From NCBI GenBank assembly GCA_964016885.1, contig OZ024741.1, forward strand, positions 369,086,001-369,150,000: a DNA stretch of 64,000 bases, in the 5' to 3' direction. The notes beneath the pieces were generated by a model, which was given only the letters and a program-made list of their open reading frames with translations, was not told the origin of the DNA and searched no databases. Within the stretch, counting starts at the first letter, position 1, and each line of letters opens with the position of its first letter. This DNA comes from Eledone cirrhosa (taxonomy: Eukaryota). Positions 1 to 15,000 of the stretch are shown here, piece after piece. Position numbers and translations under genes: made by a program.

Positions 1-3000
1 CCTCATCACTGCAGTGGCCACAGTACCAGACACCACTGCCAGTAACATAGAGGAAACTAAATACTGGGCTTTGTCTGGTACCAACCTCATCACTGCAGTG
101 GTCACAGTACCAGACACCACTGCCAGTAACATAGAGGAAACTAAATACTGGGCTTTGTCTGGTACCAACCTCATCACTGCAGTGGTCACAGTACCAGACA
201 CCACTGCCTGTAACATAGAGGAAACTAAATACTGGGCTTTGTCTGGTACCAACCTCATCACTGCAGTGGCCACAGTACCAGACACCACTGCCAGTAACAT
301 AGAGGAAACTAAATACTGGGCTTTTTCTGGTACCAACCTCATCACTGCAGTGGCCACAATACCCGACACCACTGCCAGTAACATAGAGGAAACTAAATAC
401 TTGGCATTGTCTGGTACCAACCTCATCACTGCAGTGGTCACAGTACCAGACACCACTGCCAGTAACATAGAGGAAACTAAATACTGGGCTTTGTCTGGTA
501 CCAACCTCATCACTACAGTGGCCACAGTACCAGACACCACTGCCAGTAACATAGAGGAAACTAAATACTGGGCTTTGTCTGGTACCAACCTCATCACTGC
601 AGTGGCCACAATACCAGAGAACACTGCCAGTAACATAGAGGAAACTAATTACTGGGCTTTGTCTAGTACCAACCTCATCACTGCAGTGGTCACAGTACCA
701 GACACCACTGCCTCTAACATAGAGGAAACTAAATACCGGGCATTGTCTGGTACCAACCTCATCACTGCAGTGGCCACAGTACCAGACACCACTGCCAGTA
801 ACATAGAGAAAACTAAATACTGGGCTTTGTCTGGTACCAACCTCATCACTGCAGTGGCCACAGTACCAGACACCACTGCCCGTAACATAGAGGAAACTAA
901 ATACTGGGCTTTGTCTGGTACCAACCTCATCACTGCAGTGGCCACAATACCAGACACCACTGCCAGTAACATAGAGGAAACTAAATACTGGGCTTTGTCT
1001 GGTACCAACCTCATCACTGCAGTGGCCACAGTACCAGACACCACTGCCTGTAACATAGAGGAAACTAAATACTGGGCGTTGTCTGGTACCAACCTCATCA
1101 CTGCAGTGGTCACAGTACCAGACACCACTGCCTCTAACATAGAGGAAACTAAATACTGGGCGTTGTCTGGTACCAACCTCATCACTGCAGTGGCCACAAT
1201 ACCAGACACCACTGCCTGTAACATAGAGGAAACTAAATACTGGGCTTTGTCTGGTACCAACCTCATCACTGCAGTGGTCACAGTACCAGACACCACTGCC
1301 TGTAACATAGAGGAAACTAAATACTGGGCTTTGTCTGGTACCAACCTCATCACTGCAGTGGCCACAGTACCAAACACCACTGCCAGTAACATAGAGGAAA
1401 CTAAATACTGGGCGTTGTCTGGTACCAACCTCATCACTGCAGTGGCCACAATACCAAACACCACTGCCAGTAACATAGAGGAAACTAAATACTGGGCTTT
1501 GTCTGGTACCAACCTCATCACTGCAGTTGCCACAGTACCAGACACCACTGCCAGTAACATAGAGGAAACTAAATACTGGGCTTTGTCTGGTACCAACCTC
1601 ATCACTGCAGTGGCCACAGTACCAGACACCACTGCCAGTAACATAGAGGAAACTAAATACTGGGCTTTGTCTGGTACCAACCTCATCACTGCAGTGGCCA
1701 CAGTACCAGACACCACTGCCAGTAACATAGAGGAAACTAAATACTGGGCTTTGTCTGGTACCAACCTCATCACTGCAGTGGCCACAATACCAGACACCAC
1801 TGCCAGTAACATAGAGGAAACTAAATACTGGGCATTGTCTGGTACCAACCTCATCACTGCAGTGGTCTCAGTACCAGACACCACTGCCAGTAACATAGAG
1901 GAAACTAAATACTGGGCTTTATCTGGTACCAACCTCATCACTACAGTGGCCACAGTACCAGACACCACTGCCAGTAACATAGAGGAAACTAAATACTGGG
2001 CTTTGTCTGGTACCAACCTCATCACTGCAGTGGCCACAATACCAGAGAACACTGCCAGTAACATAGAGGAAACTAATTACTGGGCTTTGTCTAGTACCAA
2101 CCTCATCACTGCAGTGGTCACAGTACCAGACACCACTGCCTCTAACATAGAGGAAACTAAATACTGGGCTTTGTCTGGTACCAACCTCATCACTGCAGTG
2201 GCCACAGTACCAGACACCACTGCCAGTAACATAGAGGAAACTAAATACTGGGCTTTGTCTGGTACCAACCTCATCACTGCAGTGGCCACAGTACCAGACA
2301 CCACTGCCTGTAACATAGAGGAAACTAAATACTGGGCTTTGTCTGGTACCAACCTCATCACTACAGTGGCCACAGTACCAGACACCACGGCCTGTAACAT
2401 AGAGGAAACTAAATACTGGGCTTTGTCTGGTACCAACCTCATCACTGCAGTGGTCACAGTACCAGACACCACTGCCAGTAACATAGAGGAAACTAAATAC
2501 TGGGCTTTGTCTGGTACCAACCTCATCACTACAGTGGCCACAGTACCAGACACCACTGCCAGTAACATAGAGGAAACTAAATACTGGGCTTTGTCTGGTA
2601 CCAACCTCATCACTGCAGTGGCCACAATACCAGAGAACACTGCCAGTAACATAGAGGAAACTAATTACTGGGCTTTGTCTAGTACCAACCTCATCACTGC
2701 AGTGGTCACAGTACCAGACACCACTGCCTCTAACATAGATGAAACTAAATACTGGGCATTGTCTGGTACCAACCTCATCACTGCAGTGGCCACAGTACCA
2801 GACACCACTGCCAGTAACATAGAGGAAACTAAATACTGGGCTTTGTCTGGTACCAACCTCATCACTGCAGTGGCCACAGTACCACACACCACTGCCAGTA
2901 ACATAGAGGAAACTAAATACTGGGCTTTGTCTGGTACCAACCTCATCACTGCAGTGGCCACAGTACCAGACACCACTGCCAGTAACATAGAGGAAACTAA

Positions 3001-6000
3001 ATACTGGGAGTTGTCTGGTACCAACCTCATCACTGCAGTGGCCACAGTACCAAACACCACTGCCTCTAACATAGAGGAAACTAAATACTGGGCTTTGTCT
3101 GGTACCAACCTCATCACTGCAGTGGCCACAGTACCAGACACCACTGCCAGTAACATAGAGGAAACTAAATACTGGGCTTTGTCTGGTACCAACCTCATCA
3201 CTGCAGTGGCCACAGTACCAGACACCACTGCCAGTAACATAGAGGAAACTAAATACTGGGCTTTGTCTGGTACCAACCTCATCACTGCAGTGGCCACAGT
3301 ACCAGACACCACTGCCTGTAACATAGAGGAAACTAAATACTGGGCTTTGTCTGGTACCAACCTCATCACTACAGTGGCCACAGTACCAGACACCACGGCC
3401 TGTAACATAGAGGAAACTAAATACTGGGCTTTGTCTGGTACCAACCTCATCACTGCAGTGGCCACAGTACCAGACACCACTGCCAGTAACATAGAGGAAA
3501 CTAAATACTGGGCTTTGTCTGGTACCAACCTCATCACTGCAGTGGTCACAGTACCAGACACCACTGCCTGTAACATAGAGGAAACTAAATACTGGGCTTT
3601 GTCTGGTACCAACCTCATCACTGCAGTGGCCACAGTACCAATCACCACTGCCAGTAACATAGAGGAAACTAAATACTGGGCTTTGTCTGGTACCAACCTC
3701 ATCACTGCAGTGGCCACAATACCAGAGAACACTGCCAGTAACATAGAGGAAACTAATTACTGGGCTTTGTCTAGTACCAACCTCATCACTGCAGTGGTCA
3801 CAGTACCAGACACCACTGCCTCTAACATAGAGGAAACTAAATACCGGGCATTGTCTGGTACCAACCTCATCACTGCAGTGGCCACAGTACCAGACACCAC
3901 TGCCAGTAACATAGAGAAAACTAAATACTGGGCTTTGTCTGGTACCAACCTCATCACTGCAGTGGCCACAGTACCAGACACCACTGCCAGTAACATAGAG
4001 GAAACTAAATACTGGGCTTTGTCTGGTACCAACCTCATCACTGCAGTGGCCACAGTACCAGACACCACTGCCAGTAACATAGAGGAAACTAAATACTGGG
4101 AGTTGTCTGGTACCAACCTCAACACTGCAGTGGCCACAGTACCGGACACCACTGCCAGTAACATAGAGGAAACTAAATACTGGGCTTTATCTGGTACCAA
4201 CCTCATCACTGCAGTGGTCACAGTACCAGACACCACTGCCAGTAACATAGAGGAAACTAAATACTGGGAGTTGTCTGGTACCAACCTCATCACTGCAGTG
4301 GCCACAGTACCAGACACCACTGCCAGTAACATAGAGGAAACTAAATACTGGGCTTTGTCTGGTACCAACCTCATCACTGCAGTGGCCACAGTACCAGACA
4401 CCACTGCCAGTAACATAGAGGAAACTAAATACTGGGCTTTGTCTGGTACCAACCTCATCACTGCAGTGGCCACAGTACCAAACACCACTGCCAGTAACAT
4501 AGAGGAAACTAAATACTGGGCTTTGTCTGGTACCAACCTCATCACTGCAATGGCCACAATACCAGACACCACTGCCAGTAACATAGAGGAAACTAAATAC
4601 TGGGCTTTGTCTGGTACCAACCTCATCACTGCAGTGGCGACAATACCAGACACCACTGCCCGTAACATAGAGAAAACTAAATACTGGGCGTTGTCTGGTA
4701 CCAACCTCATCACTGCAGTGGCCACAGTTCAAGACACCACTGCCAGTAACATAGAGGAAACTAAATACTGGGCTTTGTCTGGTACCAACCTCATCACTGC
4801 AGTGCCCACAGTACCAGACACCACTGCCTCTAACATAGAGGAAACTAAATACTGGGCGTTGTCTGGTACCAACCTCATCACTGCAGTGGCCACAGTACCA
4901 GACACCACTGCCAGTAACATAGAGGAAACTAAATACTGGGCATTGTCTGGTACCAACCTCATCACTGCAGTGGCCACAGTACCAGACACCACTGCCAGTA
5001 ACATAGAGGAAACTAAATACTGGGCTTTGTCTGGTACCAACCTCATCACCGCAGTGGCCACAGTACCAGACACCACTGCCAGTAACATAGAGGAAACTAA
5101 ATACTGGGCTTTGTCTGGTACCAACCTCATCACTGCAGTTGCCACAGTACCAGACACCATTGCCAGTAACATAGAGGAAACTAAATACTGGGCTTTGTCT
5201 GGTACCAACCTCATCACTGCAGTGGCCACAGTACCAGACACCACTGCCAGTAACATAGAGGAAACTAAATACTGGGCTTTGTCTGGTACCAACCTCATCA
5301 CTGCAGTGGTCACAGTACCAGACACCACTGCCAGTAACATAGAGGAAACTAAATACTGGGCTTTGTCTGGTACCAACCTCATCACTGCAGTGGTCACAGT
5401 ACCAGACACCACTGCCTGTAACATAGAGGAAACTAAATACTGGGCTTTGTCTGGTACCAACCTCATCACTGCAGTGGCCACAGTACCAGACACCACTGCC
5501 AGTAACATAGAGGAAACTAAATACTGGGCTTTTTCTGGTACCAACCTCATCACTGCAGTGGCCACAATACCCGACACCACTGCCAGTAACATAGAGGAAA
5601 CTAAATACTTGGCATTGTCTGGTACCAACCTCATCACTGCAGTGGTCACAGTACCAGACACCACTGCCAGTAACATAGAGGAAACTAAATACTGGGCTTT
5701 GTCTGGTACCAACCTCATCACTACAGTGGCCACAGTACCAGACACCACTGCCAGTAACATAGAGGAAACTAAATACTGGGCTTTGTCTGGTACCAACCTC
5801 ATCACTGCAGTGGCCACAATACCAGAGAACACTGCCAGTAACATAGAGGAAACTAATTACTGGGCTTTGTCTAGTACCAACCTCATCACTGCAGTGGTCA
5901 CAGTACCAGACACCACTGCCAGTAACATAGAGAAAACTAAATACTGGGCTTTGTCTGGTACCAACCTCATCACTGCAGTGGCCACAGTACCAGACACCAC

Positions 6001-9000
6001 TGCCCGTAACATAGAGGAAACTAAATACTGGGCTTTGTCTGGTACCAACCTCATCACTGCAGTGGCCACAATACCAGACACCACTGCCAGTAACATAGAG
6101 GAAACTAAATACTGGGCTTTGTCTGGTACCAACCTCATCACTGCAGTGGCCACAGTACCAGACACCACTGCCTGTAACATAGAGGAAACTAAATACTGGG
6201 CGTTGTCTGGTACCAACCTCATCACTGCAGTGGTCACAGTACCAGACACCACTGCCTCTAACATAGAGGAAACTAAATACTGGGCGTTGTCTGGTACCAA
6301 CCTCATCACTGCAGTGGCCACAATACCAGATACCACTGCCTGTAACATAGAGGAAACTAAATACTGGGCTTTGTCTGGTACCAACCTCATCACTGCAGTG
6401 GTCACAGTACCAGACACCACTGCCTGTAACATAGAGGAAACTAAATACCGGGCATTGTCTGGTACCAACCTCATCACTGCAGTGGCCACAGTACCAGACA
6501 CCACTGCCAGTAACATAGAGAAAACTAAATACTGGGCTTTGTCTGGTACCAACCTCATCACTGCAGTGGCCACAGTACCAGACACCACTGCCCGTAACAT
6601 AGAGGAAACTAAATACTGGGCTTTGTCTGGTACCAACCTCATCACTGCAGTGGCCACAATACCAGACACCACTGCCAGTAACATAGAGGAAACTAAATAC
6701 TGGGCTTTGTCTGGTACCAACCTCATCACTGCAGTGGCCACAGTACCAGACACCACTGCCTGTAACATAGAGGAAACTAAATACTGGGCGTTGTCTGGTA
6801 CCAACCTCATCACTGCAGTGGTCACAGTACCAGACACCACTGCCTCTAACATAGAGGAAACTAAATACTGGGCGTTGTCTGGTACCAACCTCATCACTGC
6901 AGTGGCCACAATACCAGACACCACTGCCTGTAACATAGAGGAAACTAAATACTGGGCTTTGTCTGGTACCAACCTCATCACTGCAGTGGTCACAGTACCA
7001 GACACCACTGCCTGTAACATAGAGGAAACTAAATACTGGGCTTTGTCTGGTACCAACCTCATCACTGCAGTGGCCACAGTACCAAACACCACTGCCAGTA
7101 ACATAGAGGAAACTAAATACTGGGCGTTGTCTGGTACCAACCTCATCACTGCAGTGGCCACAATACCAAACACCACTGCCAGTAACATAGAGGAAACTAA
7201 ATACTGGGCTTTGTCTGGTACCAACCTCATCACTGCAGTTGCCACAGTACCAGACACCACTGCCAGTAACATAGAGGAAACTAAATACTGGGCTTTGTCT
7301 GGTACCAACCTCATCACTGCAGTGGCCACAGTACCAGACACCACTGCCAGTAACATAGAGGAAACTAAATACTGGGCTTTGTCTGGTACCAACCTCATCA
7401 CTGCAGTGGCCACAGTACCAGACACCACTGCCAGTAACATAGAGGAAACTAAATACTGGGCTTTGTCTGGTACCAACCTCATCACTGCAGTGGCCACAAT
7501 ACCAGACACCACTGCCAGTAACATAGAGGAAACTAAATACTGGGCATTGTCTGGTACCAACCTCATCACTGCAGTGGTCTCAGTACCAGACACCACTGCC
7601 AGTAACATAGAGGAAACTAAATACTGGGCTTTATCTGGTACCAACCTCATCACTACAGTGGCCACAGTACCAGACACCACTGCCAGTAACATAGAGGAAA
7701 CTAAATACTGGGCTTTGTCTGGTACCAACCTCATCACTGCAGTGGCCACAATACCAGAGAACACTGCCAGTAACATAGAGGAAACTAATTACTGGGCTTT
7801 GTCTAGTACCAACCTCATCACTGCAGTGGTCACAGTACCAGACACCACTGCCTCTAACATAGAGGAAACTAAATACTGGGCATTGTCTGGTACCAACCTC
7901 ATCACTGCAGTGGCCACAGTACCAGACACCACTGCCAGTAACATAGAGGAAACTAAATACTGGGCTTTGTCTGGTACCAACCTCATCACTGCAGTGGCCA
8001 CAGTACCAGACACCACTGCCAGTAACATAGAGGAAACTAAATACTGGGCTTTTTCTGGTACCAACCTCATCACTGCAGTGGCCACAATACCCGACACCAC
8101 TGCCAGTAACATAGAGGAAACTAAATACTTGGCATTGTCTGGTACCAACCTCATCACTGCAGTGGTCACAGTACCAGACACCACTGCCAGTAACATAGAG
8201 GAAACTAAATACTGGGCTTTGTCTGGTACCAACCTCATCACTACAGTGGCCACAGTACCAGACACCACTGCCAGTAACATAGAGGAAACTAAATACTGGG
8301 CTTTGTCTGGTACCAACCTCATCACTGCAGTGGCCACAATACCAGAGAACACTGCCAGTAACATAGAGGAAACTAATTACTGGGCTTTGTCTAGTACCAA
8401 CCTCATCACTGCAGTGGTCACAGTACCAGACACCACTGCCAGTAACATAGAGAAAACTAAATACTGGGCTTTGTCTGGTACCAACCTCATCACTGCAGTG
8501 GCCACAGTACCAGACACCACTGCCCGTAACATAGAGGAAACTAAATACTGGGCTTTGTCTGGTACCAACCTCATCACTGCAGTGGCCACAATACCAGACA
8601 CCACTGCCAGTAACATAGAGGAAACTAAATACTGGGCTTTGTCTGGTACCAACCTCATCACTGCAGTGGCCACAGTACCAGACACCACTGCCTGTAACAT
8701 AGAGGAAACTAAATACTGGGCGTTGTCTGGTACCAACCTCATCACTGCAGTGGTCACAGTACCAGACACCACTGCCTCTAACATAGAGGAAACTAAATAC
8801 TGGGCGTTGTCTGGTACCAACCTCATCACTGCAGTGGCCACAATACCAGACACCACTGCCTGTAACATAGAGGAAACTAAATACTGGGCTTTGTCTGGTA
8901 CCAACCTCATCACTGCAGTGGTCACAGTACCAGACACCACTGCCTGTAACATAGAGGAAACTAAATACCGGGCATTGTCTGGTACCAACCTCATCACTGC

Positions 9001-12000
9001 AGTGGCCACAGTACCAGACACCACTGCCAGTAACATAGAGAAAACTAAATACTGGGCTTTGTCTGGTACCAACCTCATCACTGCAGTGGCCACAGTACCA
9101 GACACCACTGCCCGTAACATAGAGGAAACTAAATACTGGGCTTTGTCTGGTACCAACCTCATCACTGCAGTGGCCACAATACCAGACACCACTGCCAGTA
9201 ACATAGAGGAAACTAAATACTGGGCTTTGTCTGGTACCAACCTCATCACTGCAGTGGCCACAGTACCAGACACCACTGCCTGTAACATAGAGGAAACTAA
9301 ATACTGGGCGTTGTCTGGTACCAACCTCATCACTGCAGTGGTCACAGTACCAGACACCACTGCCTCTAACATAGAGGAAACTAAATACTGGGCGTTGTCT
9401 GGTACCAACCTCATCACTGCAGTGGCCACAATACCAGACACCACTGCCTGTAACATAGAGGAAACTAAATACTGGGCTTTGTCTGGTACCAACCTCATCA
9501 CTGCAGTGGTCACAGTACCAGACACCACTGCCTGTAACATAGAGGAAACTAAATACTGGGCTTTGTCTGGTACCAACCTCATCACTGCAGTGGCCACAGT
9601 ACCAAACACCACTGCCAGTAACATAGAGGAAACTAAATACTGGGCGTTGTCTGGTACCAACCTCATCACTGCAGTGGCCACAATACCAAACACCACTGCC
9701 AGTAACATAGAGGAAACTAAATACTGGGCTTTGTCTGGTACCAACCTCATCACTGCAGTTGCCACAGTACCAGACACCACTGCCAGTAACATAGAGGAAA
9801 CTAAATACTGGGCTTTGTCTGGTACCAACCTCATCACTGCAGTGGCCACAGTACCAGACACCACTGCCAGTAACATAGAGGAAACTAAATACTGGGCTTT
9901 GTCTGGTACCAACCTCATCACTGCAGTGGCCACAGTACCAGACACCACTGCCAGTAACATAGAGGAAACTAAATACTGGGCTTTGTCTGGTACCAACCTC
10001 ATCACTGCAGTGGCCACAATACCAGACACCACTGCCAGTAACATAGAGGAAACTAAATACTGGGCATTGTCTGGTACCAACCTCATCACTGCAGTGGTCT
10101 CAGTACCAGACACCACTGCCAGTAACATAGAGGAAACTAAATACTGGGCTTTATCTGGTACCAACCTCATCACTACAGTGGCCACAGTACCAGACACCAC
10201 TGCCAGTAACATAGAGGAAACTAAATACTGGGCTTTGTCTGGTACCAACCTCATCACTGCAGTGGCCACAATACCAGAGAACACTGCCAGTAACATAGAG
10301 GAAACTAATTACTGGGCTTTGTCTAGTACCAACCTCATCACTGCAGTGGTCACAGTACCAGACACCACTGCCTCTAACATAGAGGAAACTAAATACTGGG
10401 CATTGTCTGGTACCAACCTCATCACTGCAGTGGCCACAGTACCAGACACCACTGCCAGTAACATAGAGGAAACTAAATACTGGGCTTTGTCTGGTACCAA
10501 CCTCATCACTGCAGTGGCCACAGTACCACACACCACTGCCAGTAACATAGAGGAAACTAAATACTGGGCTTTGTCTGGTACCAACCTCATCACTGCAGTG
10601 GCCACAGTACCAGACACCACTGCCAGTAACATAGAGGAAACTAAATACTGGGCTTTGTCTGGTACCAACCTCATCACTGCAGTGGCCACAGTACCAGACA
10701 CCACTGCCTGTAACATAGAGGAAACTAAATACTGGGCTTTGTCTGGTACCAACCTCATCACTACAGTGGCCACAGTACCAGACACCACGGCCTGTAACAT
10801 AGAGGAAACTAAATACTGGGCTTTGTCTGGTACCAACCTCATCACTGCAGTGGTCACAGTACCAGACACCACTGCCAGTAACATAGAGGAAACTAAATAC
10901 TGGGCTTTGTCTGGTACCAACCTCATCACTACAGTGGCCACAGTACCAGACACCACTGCCAGTAACATAGAGGAAACTAAATACTGGGCTTTGTCTGGTA
11001 CCAACCTCATCACTGCAGTGGCCACAATACCAGAGAACACTGCCAGTAACATAGAGGAAACTAATTACTGGGCTTTGTCTAGTACCAACCTCATCACTGC
11101 AGTGGTCACAGTACCAGACACCACTGCCTCTAACATAGATGAAACTAAATACTGGGCATTGTCTGGTACCAACCTCATCACTGCAGTGGCCACAGTACCA
11201 GACACCACTGCCAGTAACATAGAGGAAACTAAATACTGGGCTTTGTCTGGTACCAACCTCATCACTGCAGTGGCCACAGTACCACACACCACTGCCAGTA
11301 ACATAGAGGAAACTAAATACTGGGCTTTGTCTGGTACCAACCTCATCACTGCAGTGGCCACAGTACCAGACACCACTGCCAGTAACATAGAGGAAACTAA
11401 ATACTGGGAGTTGTCTGGTACCAACCTCATCACTGCAGTGGCCACAGTACCAAACACCACTGCCTCTAACATAGAGGAAACTAAATACTGGGCTTTGTCT
11501 GGTACCAACCTCATCACTGCAGTGGCCACAGTACCAGACACCACTGCCAGTAACATAGAGGAAACTAAATACTGGGCTTTGTCTGGTACCAACCTCATCA
11601 CTGCAGTGGCCACAGTACCAGACACCACTGCCAGTAACATAGAGGAAACTAAATACTGGGCTTTGTCTGGTACCAACCTCATCACTGCAGTGGCCACAGT
11701 ACCAGACACCACTGCCTGTAACATAGAGGAAACTAAATACTGGGCTTTGTCTGGTACCAACCTCATCACTACAGTGGCCACAGTACCAGACACCACGGCC
11801 TGTAACATAGAGGAAACTAAATACTGGGCTTTGTCTGGTACCAACCTCATCACTGCAGTGGCCACAGTACCAGACACCACTGCCTGTAACATAGAGGAAA
11901 CTAAATACTGGGCTTTGTCTGGTACCAACCTCATCACTGCAGTGGTCACAGTACCAGACACCACTGCCTGTAACATAGAGGAAACTAAATACTGGGCTTT

Positions 12001-15000
12001 GTCTGCTACCAACCTCATCACTGCAGTGGCCACAGTACCAAACACCACTGCCAGTAACATAGAGGAAACTAAATACTGGGCTTTGTCTGGTACCAACCTC
12101 ATCACTGCAGTGGCCACAGTACCAGACACCACTGCCAGTAACATAGAGGAAACTAAATACTGGGAGTTGTCTGGTACCAACCTCATCACTGCAGTGGCCA
12201 CAGTACCGGACACCACTGCCAGTAACATAGAGGAAACTAAATACTGGGCTTTATCTGGTACCAACCTCATCACTGCAGTGGCCACAGTACCAGACACCAC
12301 TGCCAGTAACATAGAGGAAACTAAATACTGGGCTTTATCTGGTACCAACCTCATCACTGCAGTGGCCACAATACCAGACACCACTGCCAGTAACATAGAG
12401 GAAACTAAATACTGGGAGTTGTCTGGTACCAACCTCATCACTGCAGTGGCCACAGTACCAGACACCACTGCCAGTAACATAGAGGAAACTAAATACTGGG
12501 CTTTGTCTGGTACCAACCTCATCACTGCAGTGGCCACAGTACCAAACACCACTGCCAGTAACATAGAGGAAACTAAATACTGGGCTTTGTCTGGTACCAA
12601 CCTCATCACTGCAATGGCCACAATACCAGACACCACTGCCAGTAACATAGAGGAAACTAAATACTGGGCTTTGTCTGGTACCAACCTCATCACTGCAGTG
12701 GCCACAATACCAGACACCACTGCCAGTAACATAGAGGAAACTAAATACTGGGAGTTGTCTGGTACCAACCTCATCACTGCAGTGGCCACAGTACCAGACA
12801 CCACTGCCAGTAACATAGAGGAAACTAAATACTGGGCTTTGTCTGGTACCAACCTCATCACTGCAGTGGCCACAGTACCAAACACCACTGCCAGTAACAT
12901 AGAGGAAACTAAATACTGGGCTTTGTCTGGTACCAACCTCATCACTGCAATGGCCACAATACCAGACACCACTGCCAGTAACATAGAGGAAACTAAATAC
13001 TGGGCTTTGTCTGGTACCAACCTCATCACTGCAGTGGCGACAATACCAGACACCACTGCCCGTAACATAGAGAAAACTAAATACTGGGCGTTGTCTGGTA
13101 CCAACCTCATCACTGCAGTGGCCACAGTACAAGACACCACTGCCAGTAACATAGAGGAAACTAAATACTGGGCGTTGTCTGGTACCAACCTCATCACTGC
13201 AGTGCCCACAGTACCAGACACCACTGCCTCTAACATAGAGGAAACTAAATACTGGGCGTTGTCTGGTACCAACCTCATCACTGCAGTGGCCACAGTACCA
13301 AACACCACTACCAGTAACATAGAGGAAACTAAATACTGGGCTTTGTCTGGTACCAACCTCATCACTGCAATGGCCACAATACCAGACACCACTGCCAGTA
13401 ACATAGAGGAAACTAAATACTGGGCTTTGTCTGGTACCAACCTCATCACTGCAGTGGCCACAATACCAGACACCACTGCCAGTAACATAGAGGAAACTAA
13501 ATACTGGGAGTTGTCTGGTACCAACCTCATCACTGCAGTGGCCACAGTACCAGACACCACTGCCAGTAACATAGAGGAAACTAAATACTGGGCTTTGTCT
13601 GGTACCAACCTCATCACTGCAGTGGCCACAGTACCAAACACCACTGCCAGTAACATAGAGGAAACTAAATACTGGGCTTTGTCTGGTACCAACCTCATCA
13701 CTGCAATGGCCACAATACCAGACACCACTGCCAGTAACATAGAGGAAACTAAATACTGGGCTTTGTCTGGTACCAACCTCATCACTGCAGTGGCGACAAT
13801 ACCAGACACCACTGCCCGTAACATAGAGAAAACTAAATACTGGGCGTTGTCTGGTACCAACCTCATCACTGCAGTGGCCACAGTACAAGACACCACTGCC
13901 AGTAACATAGAGGAAACTAAATACTGGGCGTTGTCTGGTACCAACCTCATCACTGCAGTGCCCACAGTACCAGACACTACTGCCTCTAACATAGAGGAAA
14001 CTAAATACTGGGCGTTGTCTGGTACCAACCTCATCACTGCAGTGGCCACAGTACCAGACACCACTGCCAGTAACATAGAGGAAACTAAATACTGGGCATT
14101 GTCTGGTACCAACCTCATCACTGCAGTGGCCACAGTACCAGACACCACTGCCAGTAACATAGAGGAAACTAAATACTGGGCTTTGTCTGGTACCAACCTC
14201 ATCACCGCAGTGGCCACAGTACCAGACACCATTGCCAGTAACATAGAGGAAACTAAATACTGGGCTTTGTCTGGTACCAACCTCATCACTGCAGTGGCCA
14301 CAGTACCAGACACCACTGCCAGTAACATAGAGGAAACTAAATACTGGGAGTTGTCTGGTACCAACCTCATCACTGCAGTGGCCGCAGTACCGGACACCAC
14401 TGCCAGTAACATAGAGGAAACTAAATACTGGGAGTTGTCTGGTACCAACCTCATCACTGCAGTGGCCGCAGTACCGGACACCACTGCCAGTAACATAGAG
14501 GAAACTAATTACTGGGCTTTGTCTAGTACCAACCTCATCACTGCAGTGGTCACAGTACCAGACACCACTGCCTCTAACATAGATGAAACTAAATACTGGG
14601 CATTGTCTGGTACCAACCTCATCACTGCAGTGGCCACAGTACCAGATACCACTGCCAGTAACATAGAGGAAACTAAATACTGGGCTTTGTCTGGTACCAA
14701 CCTCATCACTGCAGTGGCCACAGTACCACACACCACTGCCAGTAACATAGAGGAAACTAAATACTGGGCTTTGTCTGGTACCAACCTCATCACTGCAGTG
14801 GCCACAGTACCAGACACCACTGCCAGTAACATAGAGGAAACTAAATACTGGGAGTTGTCTGGTACCAACCTCATCACTGCAGTGGCCACAGTACCAAACA
14901 CCACTGCCTCTAACATAGAGGAAACTAAATACTGGGCTTTGTCTGGTACCAACCTCATCACTGCAGTGGCCACAGTACCAGACACCACTGCCAGTAACAT